Shown here: positions 29,056 to 38,137 of the stretch, in pieces
How positions within the stretch are numbered: position 1 is the stretch's first letter
Layout of the letters: each line of letters opens with the position of its first letter
Assembly (NCBI GenBank): GCA_963814735.1
Contig: CAWFEC010000002.1
Location: 132,048 to 196,047 of the forward strand
DNA: 64,000 nucleotides
Reading direction: 5' to 3'
DNA from: an uncultured Acidobacteriota bacterium
GTDB taxonomy: Bacteria > Acidobacteriota > Terriglobia > Acidiferrales > UBA7541
The notes under the pieces: generated by a model
Seen by the model: the letters and a program-made list of their open reading frames with translations, nothing else
What the model was told of the DNA's origin: nothing
Databases searched by the model: none
Made by a program: the position numbers and the translations under genes

Positions 29056-31302
29056 ATGGAACGTCGCGACTTCTTGAAAATTTCGGCGATCGGAACGGCC
29101 TCAGCGGCGCTCGAAGGCTGCGGTAATCCCGATCACCAGCTGATCCGGTTCATTCCGGAAGAGGACATGCTTCCCGGCATCGCCACCTGGAAGCCGAGCA
29201 TCTGCACGCAATGTCCCGCGGGTTGCGGCCTGCTCGTCCGCGTAATGCAGGGCGAAGCCGAAGTGATTCGCCACGGCCAGCTCGGCCTGATTAAGATGGG
29301 CCTCGCGAAAAAGCTCGAGGGCAACCCGAATCACCCGATCAATCAGGGAAAGCTCTGCCCCCGCGGCCAGACCGGCCTGCAGGTCACGTATCATCCCGAC
29401 CGCATCCACACCCCACTTCAGCGCACCGGACCCCGCGGCTCCGGCCAATTCAAGGAAATCGCCTGGGATGACGCGATCAAGCAGCTCATCGCGCAATTGA
29501 GCCCGCTGAAAGAAAGCAAGCAAGCGAGCGGGCTTGCCGTCCTCACGTCTCCACTTCGAGGACATCGAAAGAATATCGTTGAGGGCTTCGCTGCATCTTT
29601 CCAGCATTCCTCGGTCGGCGAGTTTGCGTTTTTCGATGATGCGGTTGTCCGGGCAGCCAATGCGGCGAGTTTCAATCAAGCAGCGCTCCCGACAGCAGAC
29701 CTGGCGCAATCGAACTACTTGATTTCGTTCGGCGCGGATTTTCTTGGGACCTGGAATTCGCCGGTGGCGCAGTCAATCGGCTATGGCGTGATGCGCCAGG
29801 GACGATCGGGCCAGCGCGGGAAGTTCGTGCACGTCGAGCCGCGCCTTTCGCAGACCGCGGCAAATGCCGACGAATGGATCCCCTGCAAGCCGGGAACCGA
29901 AGGCGTGTTCGCGCTGAGCCTCGCGCATGTGATTCTGCGCGAGAAGCTGCGTCCCGCCGTCTCCGTAGCCGCAATCGAGGGCTGGTCGGAGGGATTGCCG
30001 GATTACGCGCCAGAGAAAGTCGCGGACCAGATTGGCGTCCCGGCGGCCAAGCTTACGCGCATCGCGCATGAAGTGGCGGCGAACGCGCCCGCACTCGCGC
30101 TGGCGGGCGGTTCGGCGGCCGCGCAAACGAACGGGCGATTCACCGCGCTTGCCGTGAACGTCTTGAACACGCTGCTGGGCAGCGTAGGGAAACCGGGAGG
30201 GATTCTCTTTAGCGCCGCGGCAAAGCCCGAACCCGGGAAGGCTGCCGTTTCGCCGTTCGATGCTTTCCTTCGGCAAATCCAGTCGGCGTCAGACGCGACA
30301 AAGGCGCTCCTTCTATTCAACGCGAATCCGGCGTTCGCTACGCCGCAGAGTTCCGGCGTCCGCGAAGCTTTCGAAAAGATCCCTTTCATCGCAAGCTTCG
30401 GAAGTTTCATCGACGAAACGAGCATCCTCGCCGACCTGATTCTTCCCGATCATTCGCCGCTCGAATCGTGGCTGGATGACGCGCCACCCTCCGGCAGCAC
30501 GCGCATGGTCGCGAGCCTCGCGGCGCCCGCGATGAGCCCGTTGCACAACACGCGTGCGATGCCCGATGTGCTTCTCGATATCGCGCAGCAGCTCGGCGGC
30601 GATCTCGCCAAAGCGCTGCCGTGGAAGACCTACGACGAGGCCCTCAAGGCTGCATTCGAAGGATTCCGCCAGCAAAAAGGTTCGGTTACGGCTACCGATC
30701 CCGACGATTTCTGGCAAAAGGTTCAGGATCAAGGCGGCTGGTGGAGCGCGGAAGAAAGGCCGCTTCCCGTGAGTGCGGGCAAATTAGCAGGTGGCCCCGC
30801 GAAAAATGTTGCTCCGCAGTTCGACGGCGATCCGGCGCAATTTCCACTCCACCTGCTGCCGTACGCTTCGCAGATGTGGTACGACGGCTCGCTCGCCAAC
30901 CTCCCGTGGATGCAGGAAGCGCCCGACCCAATCTCGAGCGTGATGTGGGGCTCGTGGGTCGAGATCAACACGCAAACGGCGGCCAAACTCGGCATCGCGC
31001 AAGGAGATCTCCTCGAAGTGGCATCGCAGCACGGCACGCTCCAAGCTCCGGCATTCGTGACGCCCGGGATCGCGCCGGATTGCGTCGCCATGCCCGTTGG
31101 CCAGGGGCACACGAATTTCACGCGCTATGCAAAGGATCGTGGCGCGAATCCGATCTCGATTCTCGCGCCGCTCACCGACTCGGAGACAGGCTCGCTCGCG
31201 TGGGCCGCGACCCGCGTCAAGATTTCGCGTATCGGCAAGGGCAACATGGTTCTGTTCGGTGGCAGCCTCAGCGAAACGCCGCCCGATACGCACCACCGAT
31301 AG
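29056..31302 (+). CDS. actB: ACIII-like molybdopterin-oxidoreductase-family subunit (ActB1), Tat signal
   Basis: MERRDFLKISAIGTASAALEGCG twin-arginine signal with a lipobox-like LEGC. N-terminal CTQCPAGCGLLV FeS motif. 748 aa of MopB-family sequence. Confidence 0.85.
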   Translation: MERRDFLKISAIGTASAALEGCGNPDHQLIRFIPEEDMLPGIATWKPSICTQCPAGCGLLVRVMQGEAEVIRHGQLGLIKMGLAKKLEGNPNHPINQGKLCPRGQTGLQVTYHPDRIHTPLQRTGPRGSGQFKEIAWDDAIKQLIAQLSPLKESKQASGLAVLTSPLRGHRKNIVEGFAASFQHSSVGEFAFFDDAVVRAANAASFNQAALPTADLAQSNYLISFGADFLGTWNSPVAQSIGYGVMRQGRSGQRGKFVHVEPRLSQTAANADEWIPCKPGTEGVFALSLAHVILREKLRPAVSVAAIEGWSEGLPDYAPEKVADQIGVPAAKLTRIAHEVAANAPALALAGGSAAAQTNGRFTALAVNVLNTLLGSVGKPGGILFSAAAKPEPGKAAVSPFDAFLRQIQSASDATKALLLFNANPAFATPQSSGVREAFEKIPFIASFGSFIDETSILADLILPDHSPLESWLDDAPPSGSTRMVASLAAPAMSPLHNTRAMPDVLLDIAQQLGGDLAKALPWKTYDEALKAAFEGFRQQKGSVTATDPDDFWQKVQDQGGWWSAEERPLPVSAGKLAGGPAKNVAPQFDGDPAQFPLHLLPYASQMWYDGSLANLPWMQEAPDPISSVMWGSWVEINTQTAAKLGIAQGDLLEVASQHGTLQAPAFVTPGIAPDCVAMPVGQGHTNFTRYAKDRGANPISILAPLTDSETGSLAWAATRVKISRIGKGNMVLFGGSLSETPPDTHHR

Positions 31303-31315
31303 AAAGGCACAACTG

Positions 31316-32023
31316 ATGTCTCATCAATGGGGCATGGTGATCGATCTCGACCGCTGCACGGGCTGCGAGGCCTGCGTCGTCGCTTGCCACGCGGAAAATA
31401 ATATCTCGACGGTCGGCGAAGATCAGGCCGCCATCGGGCGTGCCAAGCACTGGATTCGCGTCGAGCGCTACTACGAAGGCGAGTTCCCGGACGTGAAGGC
31501 GAAATTCATGCCCGTCCTGTGCCAGCAGTGCGATGCCGCTCCGTGCGAGCCAGTCTGCCCCACGTATGCCAGTTATCACACGCAGGAGGGCCTGAACGGC
31601 CAGGTCTACAACCGCTGCATCGGGACGCGCTATTGCGCGAACGCCTGCCCGTACACGGTCCGCTTCTTCAATTTCTACAATCCGGTGTGGGACAAGCCGC
31701 TGCAGCTGCAGCTCAATCCGGACGTTTCCATCCGCTCGGTCGGCGTGATGGAAAAATGCACGTTCTGCATCCAGCGCATCAAGGCGGGCGAAATCCAGGC
31801 CGAAGCCGAGAAGCGCGAGGTAAGGGACGGCGAAATTCAGCCCGCGTGCGTGCAATCGTGCCCCACGCGAGCCATGGTTTTCGGAGATTTGAACGATCCC
31901 CATAGCGAGGTTTCGCGGATGGCGCGCTCGAATCGCGCCACCAAGCTTCTCGCCGAATTGGGGACATTGCCGAAGGTAACGTACCTTCAACGGGACTCAG
32001 CGAATGCCAGCGAGAACGCCTGA
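31316..32023 (+). CDS. actB: ACIII-like 4Fe-4S ferredoxin-type subunit (ActB2)
   Basis: MSHQWGMVIDLDRCTGCEACVVACHAEN, CQQCDAAPCEPVCP, CIGTRYCANACP and CTFCIQR cluster motifs. ATG 31316; the track start at 31097 is an over-extension. Confidence 0.85.
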   Translation: MSHQWGMVIDLDRCTGCEACVVACHAENNISTVGEDQAAIGRAKHWIRVERYYEGEFPDVKAKFMPVLCQQCDAAPCEPVCPTYASYHTQEGLNGQVYNRCIGTRYCANACPYTVRFFNFYNPVWDKPLQLQLNPDVSIRSVGVMEKCTFCIQRIKAGEIQAEAEKREVRDGEIQPACVQSCPTRAMVFGDLNDPHSEVSRMARSNRATKLLAELGTLPKVTYLQRDSANASENA

Positions 32024-33362
32024 ACAGATCAACGAAGACTTGATGCGCCCGCTGTCGGGCGTTTCGGCACGCTATCTGGTGATCCTCGCTTTCTTCGCGG
32101 CGATCGTGCTGGCCGGCTTCTTCGCGTACGGTTGGCAGGTGAATCATGGGATCGGAGCCACGGGCCTGCGCCGCCCGGTATTTTGGGGCTTCTACATCAC
32201 CAATTTCGTTTTCTGGATCGGCTTGAGCCATGCCGGGACGCTGATCTCTGCCATTCTACGCCTCGCCAACGCCACGTGGCGCCGTCCGGTCACTCGCTGC
32301 GCGGAAGTCATCACGGTCTTCGCGCTCTCGATCGGCGCGATGTTCCCGATCGTCCACCTTGGCCGGCCATGGCTATTCTTCTGGCTCGTGCCGTATCCGA
32401 GCGAGCGCGGCATTTGGCCGAACATCCGCTCGCCTTTGCTCTGGGACTTCTTCGCCATCAGCACCTACCTGCTCGGAAGCGGGACGTTCCTTCTTCTGCC
32501 GATTCTGCCGGACCTCGCGTTGGTCCGCGACCGCTCGACAGGCTTGCGCAAGAAGATCTACACGGTGCTCGCGATTGGATGGCGCGGCACGCCGCGACAG
32601 TGGCATCGTCTTGAAAAAGCCATGTCGATCATGGCCATCGCCGTGATCCCGGTAGCCGTGTCGGTGCACAGCATCGTCTCCTGGGACTTTGCCATGGCGC
32701 CCGTGCCCATGTGGCACTCGACGATCTTCGCGCCTTACTTCGTTGCCGGCGCCATTTTCAGCGGCATCGCCGCGCTCATCATTGCCATGGCGTTGCTGCG
32801 CAAGTTCTTGCACCTCGAGGAATATTTGCTCCGCATGCACTTCGAGAACCTGGGAAAGCTTCTGCTGGTGATGAGCCTCCTCTGGGTCTACTTCGTGTTC
32901 TCCGAGCGCCTCACCAACTGGTACGGCAACGCGCCCTCGGAAATGGCCGTTTTCTGGCTCACTCAGACGGGCCGTTATTCGCCCCTTTTCTGGACGATGG
33001 TCGCCTGCAATTTCATCATCCCGTTCCCGTTCCTGGCCATCAAGAAGCTCCGCACGATCACCGGCTGCGTGATCGCTTCAACCACCGTCGTGATTGGCAT
33101 GTGGCTCGAACGTTTCCTGATCATCGTGCCGTCGCTCTCGCACAAGTATCTCCCGTATTCCTGGGCCACGAACTTCTACAAGCCCTCGTGGGTCGAAATC
33201 ACCATCACTGCGGCGACGTTCGCGGCGATGGTGGTGCTCTACATGCTGTTCTCGAAGTTCATCCCGATCATTTCGGTTTGGGAACTCAAGTGGGGCCAGC
33301 ACACAGAGGAGGTTCGCGATCCTGTGCTCTCGCGAGCGGATGAAGAGGAGGCCACCGCCTAG
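32004..33362 (+). CDS. actC: ACIII-like NrfD/PsrC-family quinol-interacting membrane subunit
   Basis: 452 aa, about 10 TM helices. FWGFYITNFVFWIGLSHAGTLISAILRL is typical of NrfD-like proteins. Overlaps the actB2 end by 20 nt. Confidence 0.85.
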   Translation: MPARTPEQINEDLMRPLSGVSARYLVILAFFAAIVLAGFFAYGWQVNHGIGATGLRRPVFWGFYITNFVFWIGLSHAGTLISAILRLANATWRRPVTRCAEVITVFALSIGAMFPIVHLGRPWLFFWLVPYPSERGIWPNIRSPLLWDFFAISTYLLGSGTFLLLPILPDLALVRDRSTGLRKKIYTVLAIGWRGTPRQWHRLEKAMSIMAIAVIPVAVSVHSIVSWDFAMAPVPMWHSTIFAPYFVAGAIFSGIAALIIAMALLRKFLHLEEYLLRMHFENLGKLLLVMSLLWVYFVFSERLTNWYGNAPSEMAVFWLTQTGRYSPLFWTMVACNFIIPFPFLAIKKLRTITGCVIASTTVVIGMWLERFLIIVPSLSHKYLPYSWATNFYKPSWVEITITAATFAAMVVLYMLFSKFIPIISVWELKWGQHTEEVRDPVLSRADEEEATA

Positions 33363-33893
33363 ATGTCTCAGGTAAACAGCATCTACGGTCTCTTTCCCGG
33401 CCCGCACTCGGCGGAGCGGGGCATGAACGCTCTGCGCGATGCGGGCGTCCCCGCCGACAAGATTGTAGTGATGGCGTCGGAACCTTTCGAGGAGTATTCC
33501 TTCGCGCAGGGCGATCGATCCACCAAAATGGGGTGGATCGCGGTCGGCGGAGGCATCTGCGGCGGTTTCGCCGGCTTCTCGCTGGCGTATTTCGTGCAGA
33601 CCGCCTATCCGCTGGTCACGGGAGGCATGCCGATCGTGGCGCCCTGGCCCACCGGCATCGTTACCTATGAACTCACGATGATGGCGGCGGTTCTGACGAC
33701 CGTAATCGCGCTCCTCATCGGCTCGCGGATCCCCGACTGGAGCGACAAGCTCTACGATTCCGAAATTTCCTATGGCAAAGTCTTGATCGGCGTCGTCGAT
33801 CCATCCGACGAATCTCGTGCCAGCCTCGAAGAGCGCTTGCGTCGCGCCGGCGCCGAAAAGATCAAGGCCACCGGCCGCTTCGCCTCCCACTGA
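33363..33893 (+). CDS. actD: ACIII-like membrane subunit ActD (DUF3341)
   Basis: The start abuts the actC stop. IYGLFPGPHSAERGMNALRDAGVPADKIVVMASEP followed by two TM helices matches ActD. Confidence 0.75.
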   Translation: MSQVNSIYGLFPGPHSAERGMNALRDAGVPADKIVVMASEPFEEYSFAQGDRSTKMGWIAVGGGICGGFAGFSLAYFVQTAYPLVTGGMPIVAPWPTGIVTYELTMMAAVLTTVIALLIGSRIPDWSDKLYDSEISYGKVLIGVVDPSDESRASLEERLRRAGAEKIKATGRFASH

Positions 33894-33945
33894 CCTTGCT
33901 CCTCCGCACCTTCAGATCTGTTTCCTTACGGCACCGTGATGCTTC

Positions 33946-33983
33946 TGTGACACTTCCCACATTTTTACGTGACGCACGTCACA
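33946..33983. promoter_or_regulatory. two adjacent CRP/FNR-type palindromes upstream of the cytochrome-porin gene
   Basis: TGTGACACTTCCCACA (33946-33961, one mismatch to TGTGA-N6-TCACA) and CGTGACGCACGTCACA (33968-33983, one mismatch). The centre of the second is about 92 nt upstream of ATG 34067. Confidence 0.35.
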
Positions 33984-34066
33984 GCCTTGATGAACACTCC
34001 TCAGAGATATTCGCTTAGACCGAGGGCACGTTTCGTCGCCGTCCGGTAGCGAGGAGAGAACGTCCT

Positions 34067-35440
34067 ATGCGATCAAGAATTGGTATTCCCCTTTGGATGT
34101 GTGGCGTTTTGATCGCCGCAATCCTGGGCGGGGCAGGTGAAGCGTCGGCCGTGCCGAGTTACGCCCGGCAAACCGGATTGCCTTGCAGTTCGTGCCACAC
34201 GACCATTCCGGAGCTGACGCCGTTCGGCAGATCCTTCAAGCTGAACGGGTACACGATGAACAGCTTGAAGCAGATCTCGGAGCAGGGAGGCGGAAGCAAG
34301 TCCGGTTTGAATCTGAGTTCGTACCTGCCGCTTTCCGCGTTCGTTCAGTTCTCGAACACGGTTGTGCAGAAGCCCCAGCCCAATGCGCAGAACGGGAACT
34401 ACGAGTTTCCGCAATCGGCCAGCATTTTCCTAGCGGGCGCTTTTTCAAAACACGTTGGCGGATTCGTGCAGGTCACCTACGACGCCCAGGGTGATCACTT
34501 CAGTTGGGACAATACGGACGTCCGCTATGCGAACACCGGCTCAATCGGCGGGAAGAGTGTTGTCTATGGCTTTACGCTCGACAACAACCCCGGCGTCGAG
34601 GATTTGTGGAACAGCACGCCGGCCTGGGGTTTCCCGTGGGTCTCGACCGATGTTGCGCCTTCACCTTCGGCGGCTACAATCGTTGACGGCACGCTCGCTC
34701 AGGATGTGGCCGGCGTCGGTGCGTATACCATGCTGGACGACCACCTCTACCTGGACTTCACCGTCTATCGCTCCGAGCATATCGGCGGGAGCCAGCCGAA
34801 TCCTGGTGTGGATCCCACTGGCGCACCCTTCTCCTACAACATACACGGACTCGCGCCCTATTGGCGGGCAGCCTGGCAGCAAACAGCCGGGAACAATTAC
34901 TTCATGATTGGCACCTACGGCATGCACATCGCCTCGTCGCCGGGAGCCGTCGCCATCACCAGTCTGCAGGACTTCTACACGGACGCGGCGGTCGACGCAC
35001 AATACGAGCGCGTCTTGCCTTCGTTCCACAACGACATCATCACCATCCACAGCACCTACATCCACGAGAGTTCCGATTTGTACGCCACGTATGACGCCGA
35101 GGGCGCTTCTCAGGTGCATCACAATCTCCAAACCTTCAAGATCGATGGCGTCTACCACTTCGGAAACAAATACTCAGCCACGATCGCCGGGTTTGACACC
35201 TGGGGAACCGCCGATCCGTTGCTGTTCCCGCAAGCGGACGTCACCGGGAGCGCCAATGGAGACCCCAAGAGCAACGGCTACATCGCCGGCTTCTCCTACT
35301 GGCCGGTGCAGAACCTTCAGCTCGGCTTGCAGTACACCGGCTACCTGCATTTCAATGGTGCGAAGACGAATTACGATGGCGCCGATCGAAATGCCAACGG
35401 GAACAATTCCTTGTACATGGTCGTCTGGATCGTGTTCTGA
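34067..35440 (+). CDS. fused monohaem cytochrome c / outer-membrane beta-barrel protein (Cyc2-like architecture)
   Basis: Signal peptide ...GAGEASA/VPSY. A single CSSCH sits about 10 residues into the mature protein. About 400 aa follow with alternating-hydrophobic strand patterns (YLDFTVYRS, YFMIGTYGMHIAS, FKIDGVYHFGNKYSATIAGF, IAGFSYWPVQNLQLGLQYTGY) and a terminal ...YMVVWIVF (C-terminal Phe, OMP signature). Confidence 0.6.
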   Translation: MRSRIGIPLWMCGVLIAAILGGAGEASAVPSYARQTGLPCSSCHTTIPELTPFGRSFKLNGYTMNSLKQISEQGGGSKSGLNLSSYLPLSAFVQFSNTVVQKPQPNAQNGNYEFPQSASIFLAGAFSKHVGGFVQVTYDAQGDHFSWDNTDVRYANTGSIGGKSVVYGFTLDNNPGVEDLWNSTPAWGFPWVSTDVAPSPSAATIVDGTLAQDVAGVGAYTMLDDHLYLDFTVYRSEHIGGSQPNPGVDPTGAPFSYNIHGLAPYWRAAWQQTAGNNYFMIGTYGMHIASSPGAVAITSLQDFYTDAAVDAQYERVLPSFHNDIITIHSTYIHESSDLYATYDAEGASQVHHNLQTFKIDGVYHFGNKYSATIAGFDTWGTADPLLFPQADVTGSANGDPKSNGYIAGFSYWPVQNLQLGLQYTGYLHFNGAKTNYDGADRNANGNNSLYMVVWIVF

Positions 35441-35499
35441 TGCGCGCAGGAGAAGAAATGACAGGGCGAAGAGCGACTGCAGGACGAGAGGCTTCCACT

Positions 35500-36237
35500 A
35501 TGAAAATGAATGACTCACGCTTCATCGCAACCGCGATCTTCGGTGTGGTTCTGTTGGGGTTGTCCGTCGGCGTCTCGGGACGGCTTTCGGCCGGCGCACA
35601 GGCCTCAGCCGGCGGTACGATCGAAGGCACGATCCACTTTGAAGGAACGCCGCTCAGACGAGCCAAGCTCGACATGGGCGCGGATCCCTACTGTGCCGGC
35701 GCGCATTCGGAACCGGTGCTCGCACAGGACGGCGCCGTCAACAGCAACGGCACGCTTCCCAACGCGTTCATCTACATCAAGGACGTTCCGGGAACGTTTC
35801 CGCCGCCCTCGCAAGCCGTCGTTCTCGACCAGAAGGGGTGCATGTACGAACCGCACGTGCTGGGCCTCATGGCCAATCAGCCGTTGCGGATCGTATCGAG
35901 TGACCCCACGACTCACAACATCCATCCACTATGCAAGATCAACAAAGAATGGAATCAATCGCAGCCGCCCGGCGCTCCTCCGCTGATCCATAAGTTCGCT
36001 CGCCCCGAAATCATGATTCCGGTGCACTGCAACCAGCACCCCTGGATGAGCGCCTACATCGGGGTAACCAGCAATCCGTTCTACGCCGTCACCGGCACCG
36101 AGGGGACGTTCACGATCAAGGGTGTTCCTCCGGGCGAATATACGTTGACGACCTGGACAGCGACCTTTGGCACCCAGGAGCAAAAGGTGACAGTCAGCGC
36201 GGGTGAAACCGCCCACGCCAACTTCACCTTCAAATAG
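35500..36237 (+). CDS. secreted cupredoxin-like protein with C-terminal carboxypeptidase-regulatory-like beta-sandwich
   Basis: Signal/TM segment MKMNDSRFIATAIFGVVLLGLSV. SSDPTTHNIH plus HCNQHPWM gives a His...Cys-x2-His-x2-Met pattern like type-1 Cu ligands. The C-terminal GTFTIKGVPPGEYTLTTW resembles a CarboxypepD_reg fold. The ATG 35500 start is uncertain. Confidence 0.55.
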   Translation: MKMNDSRFIATAIFGVVLLGLSVGVSGRLSAGAQASAGGTIEGTIHFEGTPLRRAKLDMGADPYCAGAHSEPVLAQDGAVNSNGTLPNAFIYIKDVPGTFPPPSQAVVLDQKGCMYEPHVLGLMANQPLRIVSSDPTTHNIHPLCKINKEWNQSQPPGAPPLIHKFARPEIMIPVHCNQHPWMSAYIGVTSNPFYAVTGTEGTFTIKGVPPGEYTLTTWTATFGTQEQKVTVSAGETAHANFTFK

Positions 36238-36334
36238 GCGGCTTGGCTTGTAAGTGTTTTCTCGGGGTGTGTAAGGGGTGGTCGAACGCGTTATCACGCA
36301 AATCGGCCGCCCCTTTCTTCGTCCGGGAGAATTT

Positions 36335-37942
36335 CTAGGGCAACATCCACGTCACCCAATAGGCTTGCGCGTAGGCGAGCACGCCGACCAGCGTCGCGAA
36401 AACGATGCTGTGCCAGAAGGTCGACCGCAGCACTTTTCCTTCCTGCGCGATCAATCCTACCGTTGTAACTCCGACCGCAATGTTCTGCGGCGAAATCATC
36501 TTGCTCGTCACTGCGCCCGAGGAATTCGTCGCCGCCATCAGCACGGGGCTCAGATGAAGCTGATGCGCGGCTGCCACTTGCAGATTGCCGAAGAGCACGT
36601 TGCTCGCGGTGTCGCTTCCGCTCAGAAAGCACGCCACCCAGCCGAGGTAGCTGCTCAGAAACGGGAAGATATGCCCCGCGTGCGCCGCCGCTGCTCCGAG
36701 CGTGTACGCCATCCCCGAATAATTGTAAAGGTACGCCAAGCCGACGATCACGATCACGGTGAGCCCGGGAAGCCAAAGCTGGCGCAGTGTCATCCATCCA
36801 CATTTCGCGAAGACGCTCAGCCGCGCTCGAAAACACAGCGCGGTGAGCGCGGTGGCCGTCAGCGCTGCCGTCCCAGCCGCGAGTGGCTGGAACGTGTAGA
36901 GCGCTGAGTATGGCTGATTGTAGAGCGTGATCAGCACTCCTTTGTGCAGGTGAGGAATCGCGAACACGACCTGCCCGATCGGAGTCAGCTTCAGGTACGA
37001 CCACAGCACGACAACTCCCGCCAGGAGTATCCACGGGAGCCACGCTAGAAACGCGGCGCCGAACGAAAGCTTTTCGCCCCGTTGCTCTTGCGGCTCGTCC
37101 ACAACCGCGCCCGGTTTCCATATCTTGAGAAAACCTACGGTCGCCGCGATCGAGGCCGTCGCGGCGACGATATCCGGAGTGTACGGCCCCCAAAAATTCG
37201 AGACGAAAAACTGGGCCGCCGCGAAACTACCGCCCGCGACAAGCGCCGCGGGCCACGTCCGCTTCAGCCCTTTCCATCCAGCCACAACGCACGCCAGATA
37301 AAACGGAATGAGGAACGACATCAAGGGGAGCTGCCGCCCGACCATCGACGAAAGCTTTTGCAGATCGAGGCCCGTCACGCCCGCGAGCGCCACGATCGGA
37401 ATTCCCAGCGCACCGAACGCGACCGGCGCCGTATCCGCGATCAGCGAAACGACGATTGCACGCCGCGCGTCGAATCCGAGCCCAACCAAGAGAAACGCCG
37501 TCACCGCGACTGGCGCGCCGAACCCAGCCGCGCCCTCAAGGAGCGCACCGAAGCAGAACGCGACCACGATCGCCTGAATGCACGGATCGTTTGAAACGTG
37601 GCGTTCCATCCAGTGCCGCAACAGATCGAATTTTCCCGTCGCGACCGTGAGGTTATAGAGCCACAGCGCGCAAAAGACGATCCACATGATCGGCCAGGCC
37701 GCGTACACGCAGCCGAACACCGTGCTCCACGCGACCAGCACGAACGGCATATGCCATATGAAGATCGCGAGCGCGCCCGCCGCCGCGAGCCCGCATACCG
37801 ACGCGAGCAGGCTGCTCGTTCGCAGAATTCCCATCAGTGCGAGGACGATGGCGAGCGGCACTGCCGCCACGAGCGCGGACATGGCGAGCGAATGCACGGG
37901 CGCGAGCGGCTGCGGCCACATGGCGGCGAACGCAAGGATCAT
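36335..37942 (-). CDS. lctP: L-lactate/glycolate permease (LctP family)
   Basis: 535 aa, polytopic. The WLYNLTVATGKFDLL and FGALLEGAAGFGAPVAVTAFLLVGLGF motifs are typical of LctP. An alternative start is M8 (37921). Confidence 0.85.
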   Translation of the reverse strand: MILAFAAMWPQPLAPVHSLAMSALVAAVPLAIVLALMGILRTSSLLASVCGLAAAGALAIFIWHMPFVLVAWSTVFGCVYAAWPIMWIVFCALWLYNLTVATGKFDLLRHWMERHVSNDPCIQAIVVAFCFGALLEGAAGFGAPVAVTAFLLVGLGFDARRAIVVSLIADTAPVAFGALGIPIVALAGVTGLDLQKLSSMVGRQLPLMSFLIPFYLACVVAGWKGLKRTWPAALVAGGSFAAAQFFVSNFWGPYTPDIVAATASIAATVGFLKIWKPGAVVDEPQEQRGEKLSFGAAFLAWLPWILLAGVVVLWSYLKLTPIGQVVFAIPHLHKGVLITLYNQPYSALYTFQPLAAGTAALTATALTALCFRARLSVFAKCGWMTLRQLWLPGLTVIVIVGLAYLYNYSGMAYTLGAAAAHAGHIFPFLSSYLGWVACFLSGSDTASNVLFGNLQVAAAHQLHLSPVLMAATNSSGAVTSKMISPQNIAVGVTTVGLIAQEGKVLRSTFWHSIVFATLVGVLAYAQAYWVTWMLP

Positions 37943-38060
37943 CGGTGATCTCCGGGACGGGCAGCTGCTGCAAAACGCGCCCGGATTCTACTACTGAATG
38001 ACGCCGCGACAGGCAACTTGCTTTGTTGCGGATCGATCGGGATACAGACGATGGGAGGAA

Positions 38061-38137
38061 TGGCGCGCCCGGAGGGAATTGAACCCCCAACCCTCTGCTT
38101 CGAAGGCAGATGCTCTATCCAATTGAGCTACGGGCGC
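38061..38137 (-). tRNA. tRNA-Arg (anticodon UCG), CCA encoded
   Basis: The reverse complement GCGCCCGTAGCTCAATTGGATAGAGCATCTGCCTTCGAAGCAGAGGGTTGGGGGTTCAATTCCCTCCGGGCGCGCCA folds as a cloverleaf. It has a 7-bp acceptor stem, the anticodon loop CUUCGAA and a GGTTCAATTCC T-arm. Confidence 0.9.

Noticed and set aside
29056-31302. Possibility that the MopB-family subunit is a selenocysteine-containing formate dehydrogenase, or that hupL is a NiFeSe enzyme.
   Set aside because: Neither gene has an in-frame TGA. hupL has Cys at both C-terminal ligand positions (DPCLAC). The MopB protein sits in an ActA-B-C-D context rather than an fdh context.
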